From assembly GCF_002105155.1 (NCBI RefSeq), contig NW_019029008.1, positions 124,001 to 188,000 on the forward strand: a stretch of 64,000 nt of DNA, written 5' to 3'. Below the pieces are notes generated by a model that worked only from the letters and a program-made list of their open reading frames with translations, did not search any database and was not told the DNA's origin. The stretch is from Lobosporangium transversale. Taxonomy: Eukaryota. The translations under genes and the position numbers were made by a program. Positions 51,730 through 64,000 of this stretch are shown in pieces. How positions within the stretch are numbered: position 1 is the stretch's first letter; the number at the start of each line of letters is the position of its first letter.

Positions 51730-51981
51730 GCTTTGGTATCTTGGCTTGGATGTGGAAGTGGAGTGAGCCATGTACCGCCATTCTCGAGCTATCTGTCCAA
51801 CTATATTGGATCAACGTGTTTAAAACTACAAGATCAACCCCCTCACTACCTCAAACTGCATACTTTTTTTAAATATATTTCAAAGATCTTTCCATCGATA
51901 TCAATGCGCCTTTCGCCAACTTCTGGATATTGCTCAATTCTTTGGATCTTGGGTGACTACTTGGATTCGGATGACCGCCTT
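51700..51981 (+). repeat. 282-bp direct repeat, copy B (overlaps the transposase stop)
   Basis: Same sequence as 42284-42565. Confidence 0.95.
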
Positions 51982-52316
51982 TATCTGGTTTAAGCAAACA
52001 TTCGAAGATATTCAATCAATTAAAATACAAAGATACATTAATTTACACTGGTCATACAAAATATACACTAATTTACACTAATTTACACTGGTCTTACAGT
52101 TCTGTAATATAAATGACACTTTAGCCAAGTCACTGGAGATTGCAACGACTGAAGATAGCAAGAGCAGTAGGAGCTAGGGACATAGAGATCACAGGGATAG
52201 GAAGGTACAAACACAATAGGGACAGCAAGATATAGACGCAATGGAGGCAACAGGGGATCAGAGACATGAGGACGGCAGGAACAGGATGATAATTTCGTGA
52301 GGACTATAAAACATAA

Positions 52317-54583
52317 TTAAACAATACCCACAGCATCGTCTCCGTCAACCTCCATCGCCTCATCGTTTATATTTTTGTGCGGTCCCCCATGCGAACGGGT
52401 TCTCGCTTCAATGAACGATTGGAGGTGTTTTGTCCCCTGCATCTTCTCATAACCTCCCTTGATGAGATCTGCTACAGGATGTGCGCTGGCAATCTGTGAA
52501 TGATATTTCGGAGGCTGATCTTTGCTATAGGACTCAAGAATATCATACTGCCTGAGGGATACGAGTATCTCATTGATATCATGGACCGCTTTCTTTGTAG
52601 CGTGTTTGGTGCCTGAGTAAGGGACGCCAAACGAAGTCTTCATCTGGTCTTCCATTTGTCCGAGCGAGTGAATATTGGTAGACCTTGATCCATGTTTCTC
52701 ATCCCAGGTTGAACCGTTTGCCTTTCGTATCTTTTTGATAAGCAAGTTGTTGTGCTCTTGGAAAAGATCTGTAGGTATCCAACGATTTTCCTGGCCTGTA
52801 GTATTCACTAACCAAGAAGACATGACAGCATGGCTTGTCTATTCAGTCCAGGCGTATTTGAAGCCACAATGAAGATCCAGGAGCTCGTATGCGTAGTTCT
52901 TTGTCCCTCCAGCTTGGCAAATGGGAGTAATCCATACCAGAGCCTCCCTAATGCGCCCAACATCCCCAGCCTTGATAGCAGATGAGAACTCTATGTAGAT
53001 TAGCATCTCTTATAAATAGAGCAGCATTATCAGAAACAGTTCCATTGAGCTGGGGTCGGTTGGCTTTATCTAGGAACCTGTCCAGAATCCTGTTCACATT
53101 CTTCTCGCTCAGCTCTTGTAGCACACTTGTGGGAAAAAACATAGAGTCTTCAGCTAGATCCTCACATTCCTGGACAAGCTGCCATGCACGGATTACCATT
53201 GCATCAAATGCGTGAAAGAGAAGCTCATTTACTGCATGGAAATCAAACCGATCGGGGGTGACACGTTTTCGCCTTAATTTCGCTGCATAATATGCTAACG
53301 ATCCTGGAACTCCTATGTCACCATAGTGGGTACGCAAGATCGTTGAAGAAAGGACCATTTGCAGATGAAAAAGCTGTATGACAGGAACCGCCCACTCAAA
53401 CCTGTGGTAGGTCGAAACATCATCGCAACGTTGCCTTTTTAATGAACGAACTCTGCTCACTGTAAGCTGGTCACCAGTAACCACCGCCCTTTTTCCATCG
53501 AACCACTCACTGGGTATCTTAAGAGTCTGTCCCATAATAGTTTCCAGGACATCCTTGTTTCCGTCAATCGTGGCCTGGTTAATGTGCATTGATGGTAGTG
53601 GGAAAGCCTCCGTTTTTTTAATCGGAAGTAGCAGCTTCGATGGAACAGGCATCGACACTTCTTCGTAGCCCTTGAGGTTTCTCCGCAGAACATCGACCAG
53701 GTGGAATCGCATGGTCTCTCGAAGATGCGTTTCGTTCGCCGTCGTAGGCATCAAATCTTTAAGCTGGAGACATCGAGCGGGTTCGGTGTGTCGCTCTTCT
53801 TCTGCAGTTACGCTTGTGGTAACGAGTGTCGCTGCAGTCCCGCTCCCAAACGAGTCCTGGTTGTCAAGTCTTTGATTATGCTTGCGGCGGGCCATGTTTA
53901 TGTTGTCATAAACAATTAGAAAGGGGCTAGCCTTTACTTTGGCCTGAACACTTTTAAGAGCGCCATTGGATGTTGACTCCATGCCTCTGATGAGGGACTG
54001 ATGAGATACTGACAATCCTGCGCATGCTAAAAGTGTGATGACCTTACGCGGAACTCCCTTACTGAACAAATACAGCCCTAGCATCGATTGAATATAGTTG
54101 CATCTACGGTTGTATAGGAATGCAAATACACTAGCAACCACAGGTACAGCTTTCGACGGGTCCTTCGAACAATGACTGTTTGTATACGCAATGTCTGTCA
54201 AGAACTGGTGAAAAACAGGGGCTTTCTTCTTGAAAACTTCGCTAACAAACTCGAGCTCGAATCCTTCGATCTTTTCCTGTGTGATGCTATTCGCTGGAAA
54301 GTGCAGGGCTTTATCCTGGAGAGGCTCGTTTCAGCTTGCCCTTGATATATTCGAGGGCAAAATCAACAGCGGCACGGGCAGTACTCTCTCGCTGATATGA
54401 ATGATTCATTTCTTTTTGCCAGAGATCGATAGCTTCAGCAGGCCCATTGTCTCTATAAAAGCATTGAACAACATCCTGGATACCTTGGCTTTGTGATTGG
54501 AAACAAGCGTTCAAAAAGACCCTGAGTGACAGTCTATATTTTTTCATGGTTTTAAAGACGTCTTGTAGCTGGGCAGTAGACAT
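52317..54583 (-). pseudogene. Disrupted DUF6589-type (Academ-like) transposase
   Basis: ORFs 54583, 54201 and 52823 form one protein with frameshifts (~54320, ~53005) and a stop (~52840). Motifs: GLSVSH, VYDNINM, VTGDQLT, QLFHLQM, AIKAGDVGR, KNYAYE and WLVNTTG..IPTDLFQEHNN. Confidence 0.75.
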
Positions 54584-56463
54584 TTTTGTTGCGCTTTTTT
54601 TTATCTTTATTTTTATTTTTATTTTTTATTTTATTTTTTTTAATTTTTAATTTGAGAAATAAAATTTATTTAATGTGCAGCGAAGAAAGAGGGAGAGAGA
54701 TGAAGAGAAAAGAGGAGAGAGAAGGAGAAAAGAGATGAAGAAAAGAAGAAAAAGAGAGAAGGAAACTTTGATGGGGGGAATGAAGGAAAATGAGGAAACA
54801 TGTTCTATGAGTCAGGTCCTTCCCCGCCTAAAAATGACTTTGGCAAAAAGAGAGAATCTTTCCCTGCACAAAAACGACTTTGACAAAAAAATAAGAGTTG
54901 TTCCTACGACCTGACGCACAAAAAAAAAAAAATTTTCTCTGCGGTTTGTACGACTTAGAAAAAATTTCAAAAAAAAAATGTTGACCCCCCTAAAATCTTA
55001 AGTTTGGTCCCAGCCTGTCAGTGAGCGTTAGTGCAATGCACAAAAGTCACACAAGCTGGTGACGAGTCTATCATCCACTATCACATCAGCATTTGCGCCC
55101 AACAGAGCGTGCAGATCCTTCTGACAGTGCCTGCTCTTAATCTTTGTCCTTATCTCTCTTATATTGTTACAAAAATCAATCTATTCAGTCGGGCAAGCAT
55201 AGCTCTCTGGTTTGGACCTCATAGTGTGCATTAGATATCGTATGAAATAATCATTTCCATCTCCAATGACCTAGAGCAAACAACTTTTTTCTCACTTTAT
55301 CTGTCTTTATGCCCTAATATCGTGACTTATATTAAAATAAAGCGAAGGCCAATACCTACAATGCATGCTCCTTTAAAAAAAGGATTAAACATTCTATCTA
55401 TCAAACTATTCTCTGCTTTATACAAAGATTATTGATCGGAAATGGTCCTTATACATGCTTTGAGCTTGATCTTTCTTCTCCGCGCCAATGGCTCTCAATA
55501 GGGAAGACTGGGCCCGCTATATTATCTGGTCAGAATAATAACCAAATAGCATCAGTCTCAGATGCAGGATTCTGATCAGGCTACCGTTTCATATATTAAA
55601 GGTTCACGTACAGTATCCAGTAGATAATTGATGATTCAATACCCTTGTGGCGCTGTATGCATTTAATGTTTTCCATGTCAGTGGAAACAGCGTGGTAGCA
55701 TGCCAAAGACCTTTATTTATTTATATGTCTTTTTCACAGAATTACATTTTTTCCTTCTGTCAATTCGGGCATTTGAAGATGGGTAAGTGGATATTGGATG
55801 GAATCTAGGAAGTGAATAATTGGAAGGGAAAAAACTTTTACCTTAAAGGATCGTATTTTAGGTGGGAGATGAATGATCCCTCGTATCAATCACAATGATC
55901 TGTCGCCATTTAACCACTTAAAAGGCTATGTAATTCGCAGATTTACTAAGGCTTGGAAGGCTAACTAAGCGCCAAAGAAAAAAAAAAAAAAAAAAAAAAA
56001 GATGCTGCAATGCATAGTGGGAAGAGGCAGTCATGCTACCTTTTCATGCATGCCCATTGACCCTGTTACAGGCCATTCGCGTCATCTCTGCGCCAATTAC
56101 CTTTTTTTTTTCTGGACGTATACGCGCTCTCTACCAAATTTGTAGTTCAGAAATTAAGAGCACATATTGTGGTTAGCCGACGCCTATAAAGGGTCTAAAA
56201 GAGAGAGCTCAAAGCAATGGGGAAAAAAAAAAATAACTGAACCGAAAGAACATTTCTTCTTCGTTTCTATTTTTTATTCTTCCTCAGATGTCTTGCCTAC
56301 ACACATCCACCTCTTAAAGTACAGAATAACTCTTTTCACAAGCACCAACATTTAAGGTATGGGTTTTCAACTTCTAGCCATTGCAAGCTCATCTTATCCC
56401 CTATTGCTGAATATGAACAAGATATTCTTGAACATTTGAGTGCTGACCTTTTGCGCTGTTTGG

Positions 56464-56496
<33 letters not shown>

Positions 56497-56505
56497 CTCC
56501 AGCTT

Positions 56506-57041
56506 ATGGTTCGATTAGTCACCTTGGTCACCCTCCTTGCTTTATTACAAGTGGCTCTTGCTGCTTTCTTCGAAGATGGGTTTACCGTATCAGAGATGGT
56601 TCTTATTTTATTACTGTGGATGACAAAGATTATGAATCACCTGTTTTCTTGCTCCCTGATGGAAGATCCCTGGAGCAAGTTTGGCACATCAAATACGTTG
56701 ACGATGACCATGTCGTCATCATGAATCCAGCGACTAAGCGTTCCCTCGGAGTGCAAGAGGCTCGCTCCGGTGCCTTTATTTTCGCTGCCTGGTATGAACA
56801 GCAATGGAAGCTCACAAAGAGTGGAGAAAAAGAAGATCACTACAATATTGTCTACCCCGAGCAGGTTGATGGCGAGGATCTTTCTATCGGTGTCTCGTCC
56901 GCCCGAGTCTATCCTCCTCTTGTTGCTCTTCATGGATCTCCAAGGCGCACAATTCATTGGGAGCTTGATAGGTTTGGTCCCCCTGAATCCCGCGGCTCTG
57001 AGAGGGAAATCCCCCGCTTCCGCTCCCAGTTGAGATGGTAA
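56506..57041 (+). pseudogene. Secreted ricin-B/beta-trefoil-like paralog 3 with a 1-nt frameshift (real or an assembly error)
   Basis: Signal peptide MVRLVTLVTLLALLQVALA is in one frame and the mature part (YRI..LEQVWHI..QQWKL..YNIVYP..GEDLSIGVS..WEL) is in another. Adding one T at 56581-56583 restores GFYRI. Confidence 0.75.
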
Positions 57042-57258
57042 TGGGACTAAGGATCGAGGACCTAAAACTTGCTCCATCAAAAGCAATAAATGATTGTTAA
57101 TGTCACTCAAAATGGGGGAGAATCTGGATTGTCAGTTTCCTAAAATTTATCTCCTCCCAATGACTTTCTGAGTAGGATTTTCTATTCAGTTTTGATTCAA
57201 TCGCGGCCACAAACTTAATATTTCCACTTGATTTAAGAAATGAAACGAGAAATATATG

Positions 57259-57289
<31 letters not shown>

Positions 57290-59625
57290 GCCTTCGCGCC
57301 TCAATTCAATCGTATTCTAAAAAATAGTCAGAAAGTCAATGGGAGGAGGGTGTGCATCAGTACGATACACTACTTAAAACAAACATCCGGCATAGACAAG
57401 TGTCCGAATGAATTACAAGGTCTTGCGCTCAGTTTGGGGTCAGCGTTCAAAGAGAATATGCATTAAGGGAGTTAGAGTGGGAACATCCTAGTAAGTTAAA
57501 AGGCAATTTCACCACGGGCTCACAGAGGATCAGAATCAAGAAGGATCAGGTAGGCATTGGAGTGGGTTCAAAGCATTGTGGAGACATAGACTAGACGTTC
57601 AGATAACTGATGGAGGAGGATCAACATTCAACTCACTATTCTACGATAAATAGTTCGATATACACCATGAATTGACATGCCCTAATGACTTCTTTTCGTG
57701 TTATTTGTAACACAAGTTCATTATAAAAAATATACGGTAATAAATAATGAAAAACATGACAAATAAGCATTGAAGATGTATTGATGACTTAATACATGTA
57801 CATGTACTTCTATTTTCATTTCGTTATGAGTGAGCCTTGGCAAATCTAGCCACACCAAGATACAATCACATGGCACATTTTCCGTAAACTTAGCCAACGT
57901 GTTTGGTGGCAAAACCCTTCACTTTCTCACTCTCTCATACATAGTCTCTCAATCCTTCACTCGCTCTCTTCCACATTTCAGGTTGCCAGCAAGAATGATG
58001 TCGGAAATAGCAACTAAAATCTACGTGACCTCTAACACAAAGCGCTAGGCCTAACTGACGATGTTGTCTTTCAAATCATTATAAATAAAGCTAATATGGC
58101 TCTAACCATACCAAATAAAGGCCACCAAAGGACTTATTCGATCTTAATCATGACAGACTGCTGCTACTAAGGCAGCCAAAGAACGTCCACTAAAACACTT
58201 AAAGACAAGTGAGTAGCTTCCCTAATGATGCGGAGCCATCCAAGCCGGATTTTCATTTATGATATACTCTCAGCACGGCAGATTGAATGCAAGGAACTTC
58301 CCTACTTTAGTGTGGATCAATTGACGCTTGAATTGGCCATTCCCAGAAGGCAAGGGGGTAAAAAGTCCTGAATTATGCCTATTGAAGGTAAGATTAGGTT
58401 GTCTCTCAAACAGAAGTCCAGGATTGAAACGTCAAGAAGTTGGTTCCACAAAATATGAAGCAGTCTGGACGCGGCCTTGACGGGCCACACGACAAAGCAT
58501 ATCCAAAATACAGGCGATCTTGTACGGATGGTCTTCTGCGCAACAGTGTCGGATGCAAAGAAGTAGTTATTTATCGGGTGTATTTTGTAATAGGCTCGAC
58601 AGAACAACAATTACATTTATAATATAGACGCCAATCTCTATAACAGTGGACTACAAGTGCTAAAATAACAATCTCATATCGAAAGCGAAGGATCTTAGTG
58701 TACGCGTTAGATATCATAGACCAAACCAACCATCGAGGTTCATCCCTTATACTGCGTACAGAAACAAACATTTGAGCATTTGGCTATTGAGGAGAGCCCT
58801 TCTTTGAGGTCTAGAGGGCCATTTCGTGTTTTATGACAATGCTATCGAGGGTCAGTATCCTCCAGAACATGAGCTAATAAGCGTTGACAACCCTATACAT
58901 AACGCCCTTCTCGAGTTTGGTGAGTTCCTTGCAGTTGTCAACGACATTTGATATGGACATCTTGATCTCGAATGCACCGGCAATGGAATAGTCCTATTTT
59001 GCTCATCTAATGCATGAACAAAAAAAAAAAAAATCTTTCCGTTTTACAACCTAATGAAAAAACTTCTTTGGATGCACAATGAAGATCCCGTATCTACGAT
59101 TTGTGCCATGTTTACGACACCTTGATTGCATATTAATGTAAATCCTTATTTTCACTCTCCTGAACTCCTATCCTGCAACCATCTATAATATACTCCACAT
59201 GTGTTCATAGAATGAGCTCCCTTTATGGCGTTTCCAAACAGACAAATGTTTCGGTGCCGCATGAATCCAAATTTGGAATATCGCCGCAAGCCAAGTAATG
59301 ATGAGAGAACTGTGGTTTAGTTTGGATGCAGGAGTATTTTTCCTCATGTTTAAATGGTACCAAAAGAATAAAAAAAAAAAAAAAGGGTGCTTTGTCTGAC
59401 CAGAATGATGTATTGAATACAAGAATGGGAGAGCCACCCTCAACTTCCTCCACAATACAAAACAGTCGATGCAATGTTAATGTAAATGTAAACAAAATTG
59501 AATAGTAAGCAAGCATGGCAAATTATGCAACGACCCTTCCCTTGGACAGAGCAAAATGGGCGGTGGAGAGCATTGTGTGTAATTTTTTTGTTGACTCCTT
59601 TTTTCTCCTCTCTTTCTCCTTTTCT

Positions 59626-59657
<32 letters not shown>

Positions 59658-59975
59658 CCTTCCATTCATTGCTTGACATTCACTGACTACGGACATCAGT
59701 TCGCTCACATACGCACTCTCGCTCTCCCATTCTTGACATCATCAGTTTCAACAATCACCTCCCTTTTCCTTTATCTTTCATACGCTTCCTTTTTTCTCTT
59801 CCTCTTGTCCTTGTTCCCTAGACAGGATTAGACTTCCCTATTCTTTCAGCTTGTACCAGAGAACAGTCGTTTTGCAATCAAGCCTGGTCATAAGCACCTG
59901 ATTCTTGACGCCACTGTGTCTTGAGTCTATTTCCGTTGAGCTGCCTTTTAAATCAAACCCAAGTCCTATCAGACT

Positions 59976-62902
59976 ATGAAGGATAATCAGTTCATTCAAA
60001 TCATGCTTGCCGAGGATCACGCTCCTATTCCAAAAGCTAGCAACAGGAACAGCTTCCATGGAGAATCAAGCTCTAACAGCCTTTCAAGCCAACACAGCAG
60101 GACAAATGCTCGCAAGCGCTTGACTCAGCAATCATTTACTACTATCCCAGCAGCAGCAACCACAAGTTCTTCAGCAGTCCACCCGTTTTCATTTTTAACG
60201 CGGACAGGCAGTGCTCATCCACGACACCGGTCCATGTCCATTGCTTCAGGGACCTCTGGGGGCACAGCAAGCACAGCACGGCTGTTGACAACATCTACGA
60301 CTTCACCTGAGACAACTGTTTTAACTAAAGAAAAAGAATTCATGGCAAATACAAGGATCTTGGCGATGTCGAACCTGATAGAATCCTTCACGTCAACTCC
60401 TCATCCCAAGCAAGGATTTTACGGAAAGCAGCTCAAGATCATTGGATCAACTAGCTCATCTGTCTCTGCAACTGGAGCGGAATTAGATATTGCAGTAAAG
60501 GTAACGGAGAGGAGGAAATAAAAAAAAAGCTAAAAGCAGCTGAAATATTTTTTTTTTGGGGAAACAAGGGATGAAATTTATTAACGCCATCTCATCTATT
60601 CTCTTAACCTACGCTCTATTTCTGTGCTGCAGATTCACGTCATCGAAGATATCTGGACAACCTGTCCATTGCTTCCGACGTCCACTATCCTTCACCGTTG
60701 GAAAGTTACCTATTTAGGCACAGCTGATCAAAAAGACAGCGATGACTTTGGACCTCAACTCAGTATGGAGATAATTAGAGGCAAACGAAACTGCCGCTTA
60801 AAAAAAAAAAAAAAAAAAAAAAGAATAATGTAAACAAACTTCAATGACTACAGCCATACTGACAACAATGTTTTGTGCCCGATTCAAATCGACTTAGCAA
60901 ATTCCAAAGCGGATAAAGACACATCCTGGGTTCAGGCGACAGTAGAACGAACAGAGACAATCTCACCCGCACCTTCACCTATAAGTGATCAACCATCAAA
61001 AAAGAGACCACTTTCGATGTCGTCCGTCTCATCATTGCCGGCTCGAAACGCTACGCCTCAGACACATATTGGAGTTCTATCCAATGCTTTGTGCTTTGTC
61101 GCCAACAGATCTGGCGACTACCTTGTGCAGTTGTCCATTCATGTTCCATTTGTCTTGGGTACTGGTTCCCGGAGTATCCATCTACCTCACATTCCCAAGT
61201 GTAGAAGCAACTTCCTCAAGTTTCAAGTTCAGAGCCCTCAGTCTCTTAACCAGGAAAATGGCATCAATGTAGAAGCTCGGGCGAATACAGACACGGATGT
61301 AACACACTGTGACGACGATGAAAATTTCAGCAACGGTTTTGAGTTTAATGTTTATCCAATCTTATCTACATTGGATGAAGCTCATTTGAATCCTGAATCA
61401 GACGATGATGCTCAATTCTGGCTCGAGGTTCAGGAGCTACTAGAAGGCAGTGGGCAGTTTGTGGAGAAACTCATTGCAAGCGACAACGACAAAGGCTCTG
61501 CTGTCAAGAATCAGGCGGAAGAGACACGGAATGGGACAGAAAATGTGACGAAGCCAGAATTCGAAATTGCTGGATGCTTTGCGCCCAGCTCATCCTTACA
61601 TGTGTCTTGGATACCTCGTGATGCTGTTGATTTCGTTCAGGAAGTTGAACAAGATATGATAGTGCATATCTCGGGCATGCCTGACCAGACAAAGTCATCA
61701 ACACTACTGCAGGATCGGAAGCGTAAAGATCCAGAAGAAAGCCATGCAACTGATCAAGCAGATCAAATAGAGGAGCTGATCGAATATCAACATTTGGACT
61801 TGGATGATTGTGATCTTGCCATTTCAGCTGAGAGTACGCTGACTTTGAGCATTCAGAAACTAGGGTGGAGACAGCCATTCATGGATTTTTCAATTGAGCT
61901 AGAGGATATCAAGCATGGGTATGCCAGTGACGTCTCGCTTCTAGACATAGCCGGTGATGCTGTACAGGACTGGGAAAGCCTAGTGCCCGATTTAACGGGA
62001 CAGACCGTGCCTTTATATCTTGATAATCTAGACAAAGATTCGAGCACAGATCATGATCATCATCCATCACCAATATACCGTGTTTGGTTTTTCACCGGCA
62101 CTGAAGGGACGACAACAGTTCAAATAAGCATCCGCGTGGGCCAAGCTGTCTGTGTGGGGTATGGCAAAGATATCTTGTGCAACATCCCCAAGATTCATGT
62201 GCATGGAGCGACTTGGGACAAAGGACGCATCCATGTTCACGCGAGTAGCGACCTCATGATCCAACGGTTCAATGCGCGTCTTCTGGAGACATCTCATGTT
62301 GATGGCCATTCTCAGCTAGAGGAGGGTCTTTCGGGAAGGCACCCGTCCATATTGCATTTTCAATACCAATCAACTGATTACCGACTTGCTGTTGTTGCAC
62401 AACGATATCAAGCTGTAGCACGGATTGCCAGGATTGAAAGGGTTCGCGCGGAAATTGGCATTGGTGGACAACGACAGCCGGGTTTTGCAAGGATTACGCT
62501 CTCCAACGTTGTCTTGCCTCAGTATGATGACCCATATCTACGTGTATATCAGCTTGATGGAGCAGAGATTTGGAACGTGTTAGTTGACGGAAAGCCCTGC
62601 GGGAAATCGATTATGTATATGGACAGGAAGTCTGCTGGCCAGCGAACAGTGATGATCCCTATCCCTGAGGAATCCTTGAATGGCAATGACCTTCATCAAA
62701 TCGAGATAAGCTATGGATTTAATACATTTGACTGTGATCAAGAAGATATGGAGGATGAGACTTTGGGGATCAAGTTGGTTGTGCCAGGGTTTTCCCTGCC
62801 TGTCGGGGAATATGTGGTTGTTGCCAGCCTTCCAAAGTTGGCTAGAGGTAAATATGACATTTTTTATATTTATAGTTACACATGTCATGATGCATGGAAT
62901 AA

Positions 62903-62934
<32 letters not shown>

Positions 62935-64000
62935 CTTTATTAACAGGTATAGACTATGATGAGCCGTCAGGAGACTTTGAGGTCATATCGAATCTCGGTA
63001 AGGTTGGCCAGCGGCGGACGATTACTTATGGGGCATACATGATTCGAGGCCGGCCTAGACTCTCTATTCGAACTGTGAGAGCCACAGCTGAGACATGGAA
63101 TGTGAATCAGATAGAGCATGAAGGTTTGGAGAGAGCGCAGGATGTAGCAGGTGGGTATGGAGAGGTATCTGGATCGCTGGAGCAGATTGGAAGGGCGGCA
63201 TCGGCTGTTGTAGCGCATGACCCTCAGCAACCGCCATTCAATGCAGGAGTAGTTGTAATTCAGCAGACTAGCCAAAGACATCCACAGCAACCACTTGAGC
63301 TTCAAAACCCACAGACAGAACAAAGGTTGGATGGTGAGATCCTTCCTGTGTTGAGTACAAGGACTAATGGACTAGGCAGTGGGGTAGAAGGCGGGGCTAC
63401 TACCTCGAATCTTGCACCGCAGGTGGGATCGCCAGCACTCATTCGCTCGGGCTCTGGCAGCTCACAGATGGGACTCTGGTGGTCGAAGCCGTTGTCGTTT
63501 GAGCAGGTGCCGGGGATGATGAGGAAATGGTGGAAGCCAGTGATGGCATCGATTGCGGCAGTGATGTTGATGATTATGATTGCGAATGCTGCGGCGTTCA
63601 GGGAGACTAAATCAACGTCGCTAGATCTGGTGGGAATACCAGCATGGCAGAGGCCATTTGTGGCTATTGGACGTCTCTGGCGAGATTCATCGATGTCTCC
63701 AAACGATCGACAGACAAACCCGTTCACGAGCATGTGGGAAGAATGGGGAGAACAGGGAGAGCAGAAGAAGGATGATTTGTATATGGAAACAGTTGTGACG
63801 GTGACGACTACGAAGGAGGCAGGGCCTAGAGAAACAGAGGAAGCAATGGAGACAACAACAACACAGGATCTAGAGATTCGATCTCCGCCAGAGGGGGGGC
63901 ACAAAGGAGATGGAGGCGGATATGAAGAGTATGATGGTCAGAACGGCACGAGGCCGGATGCTAGTGGATTGGGGAGAATAGTACAGTTCTTGAAAAAATT
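59976..64000 (+). CDS. Large uncharacterised protein with a C-terminal TM helix, running off the window. Exons ~59976-60500, 60633-60762, 60898-62847, 62947->64000
   Basis: A stop-free frame runs from 60898 to the window end, so it is absent from the ORF track. Introns are GT-AG and phase-consistent. TM segment WWKPVMASIAAVMLMIMIANAAAF. Confidence 0.75.

Larger units (their letters stand above)
40434..55070. mobile_element. ~14.6-kb composite DNA transposon (Academ-like, DUF6589-type transposase) bounded by 61-bp TIRs
   Basis: 40434-40494 matches the reverse complement of 55010-55070 at 57/61 positions (TAG(G/A)CTCGTCACCAGC..GACAGGCTGG). A transposase pseudogene starts ~490 bp inside the right end. 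No convincing TSD found. Confidence 0.75.

Noticed and set aside
42284..51981. LTR retrotransposon interpretation of the 282-bp direct repeats
   Set aside because: No TG..CA termini, PBS/PPT, TSD or gag/pol between them.
58370..58990. Possible degenerate F-box/LRR-type pseudogene
   Set aside because: The resemblance (..SRSW.., GDLVR) is too weak and fragmented to support.
60781..60897. Second GC-AG intron candidate (AG|GCAAAC)
   Set aside because: A canonical same-phase GTATGG donor exists at 60763.

Overview
Intron-rich, AT-rich fungal genomic DNA with very long poly-A/poly-T runs. The style suggests Mucoromycota/Mortierellaceae, but that is an inference. 1-34.4 kb is an ordinary housekeeping block: a single-TM hypothetical protein, RPS7, a PWWP protein, SER1, a P4-ATPase flippase, PEX16, an SLC35/DMT transporter, an RBR E3 ligase and a DnaJ protein. 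36-57 kb holds three paralogous small secreted QxW/beta-trefoil-like genes, split by a ~14.6-kb composite mobile region (40434-55070) bounded by 61-bp terminal inverted repeats. That region contains a decayed DUF6589/Academ-like transposase, a decayed DDE_Tnp_4 (PIF/Harbinger-like) transposase and a captured REase-like gene fragment. It also holds an inner ~7.7-kb unit (42700-50359) with its own ~90-bp palindrome-containing TIRs, carrying an intact Crinkler (CRN) effector gene and two virus-like genes (DUF3627-like; origin-binding-protein-like fragment). An intact Tc1 transposon sits in the intron of the DUF3627-like gene. The window ends inside a large uncharacterised membrane-protein gene. 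All family assignments are from motif recognition by eye, not database searches.
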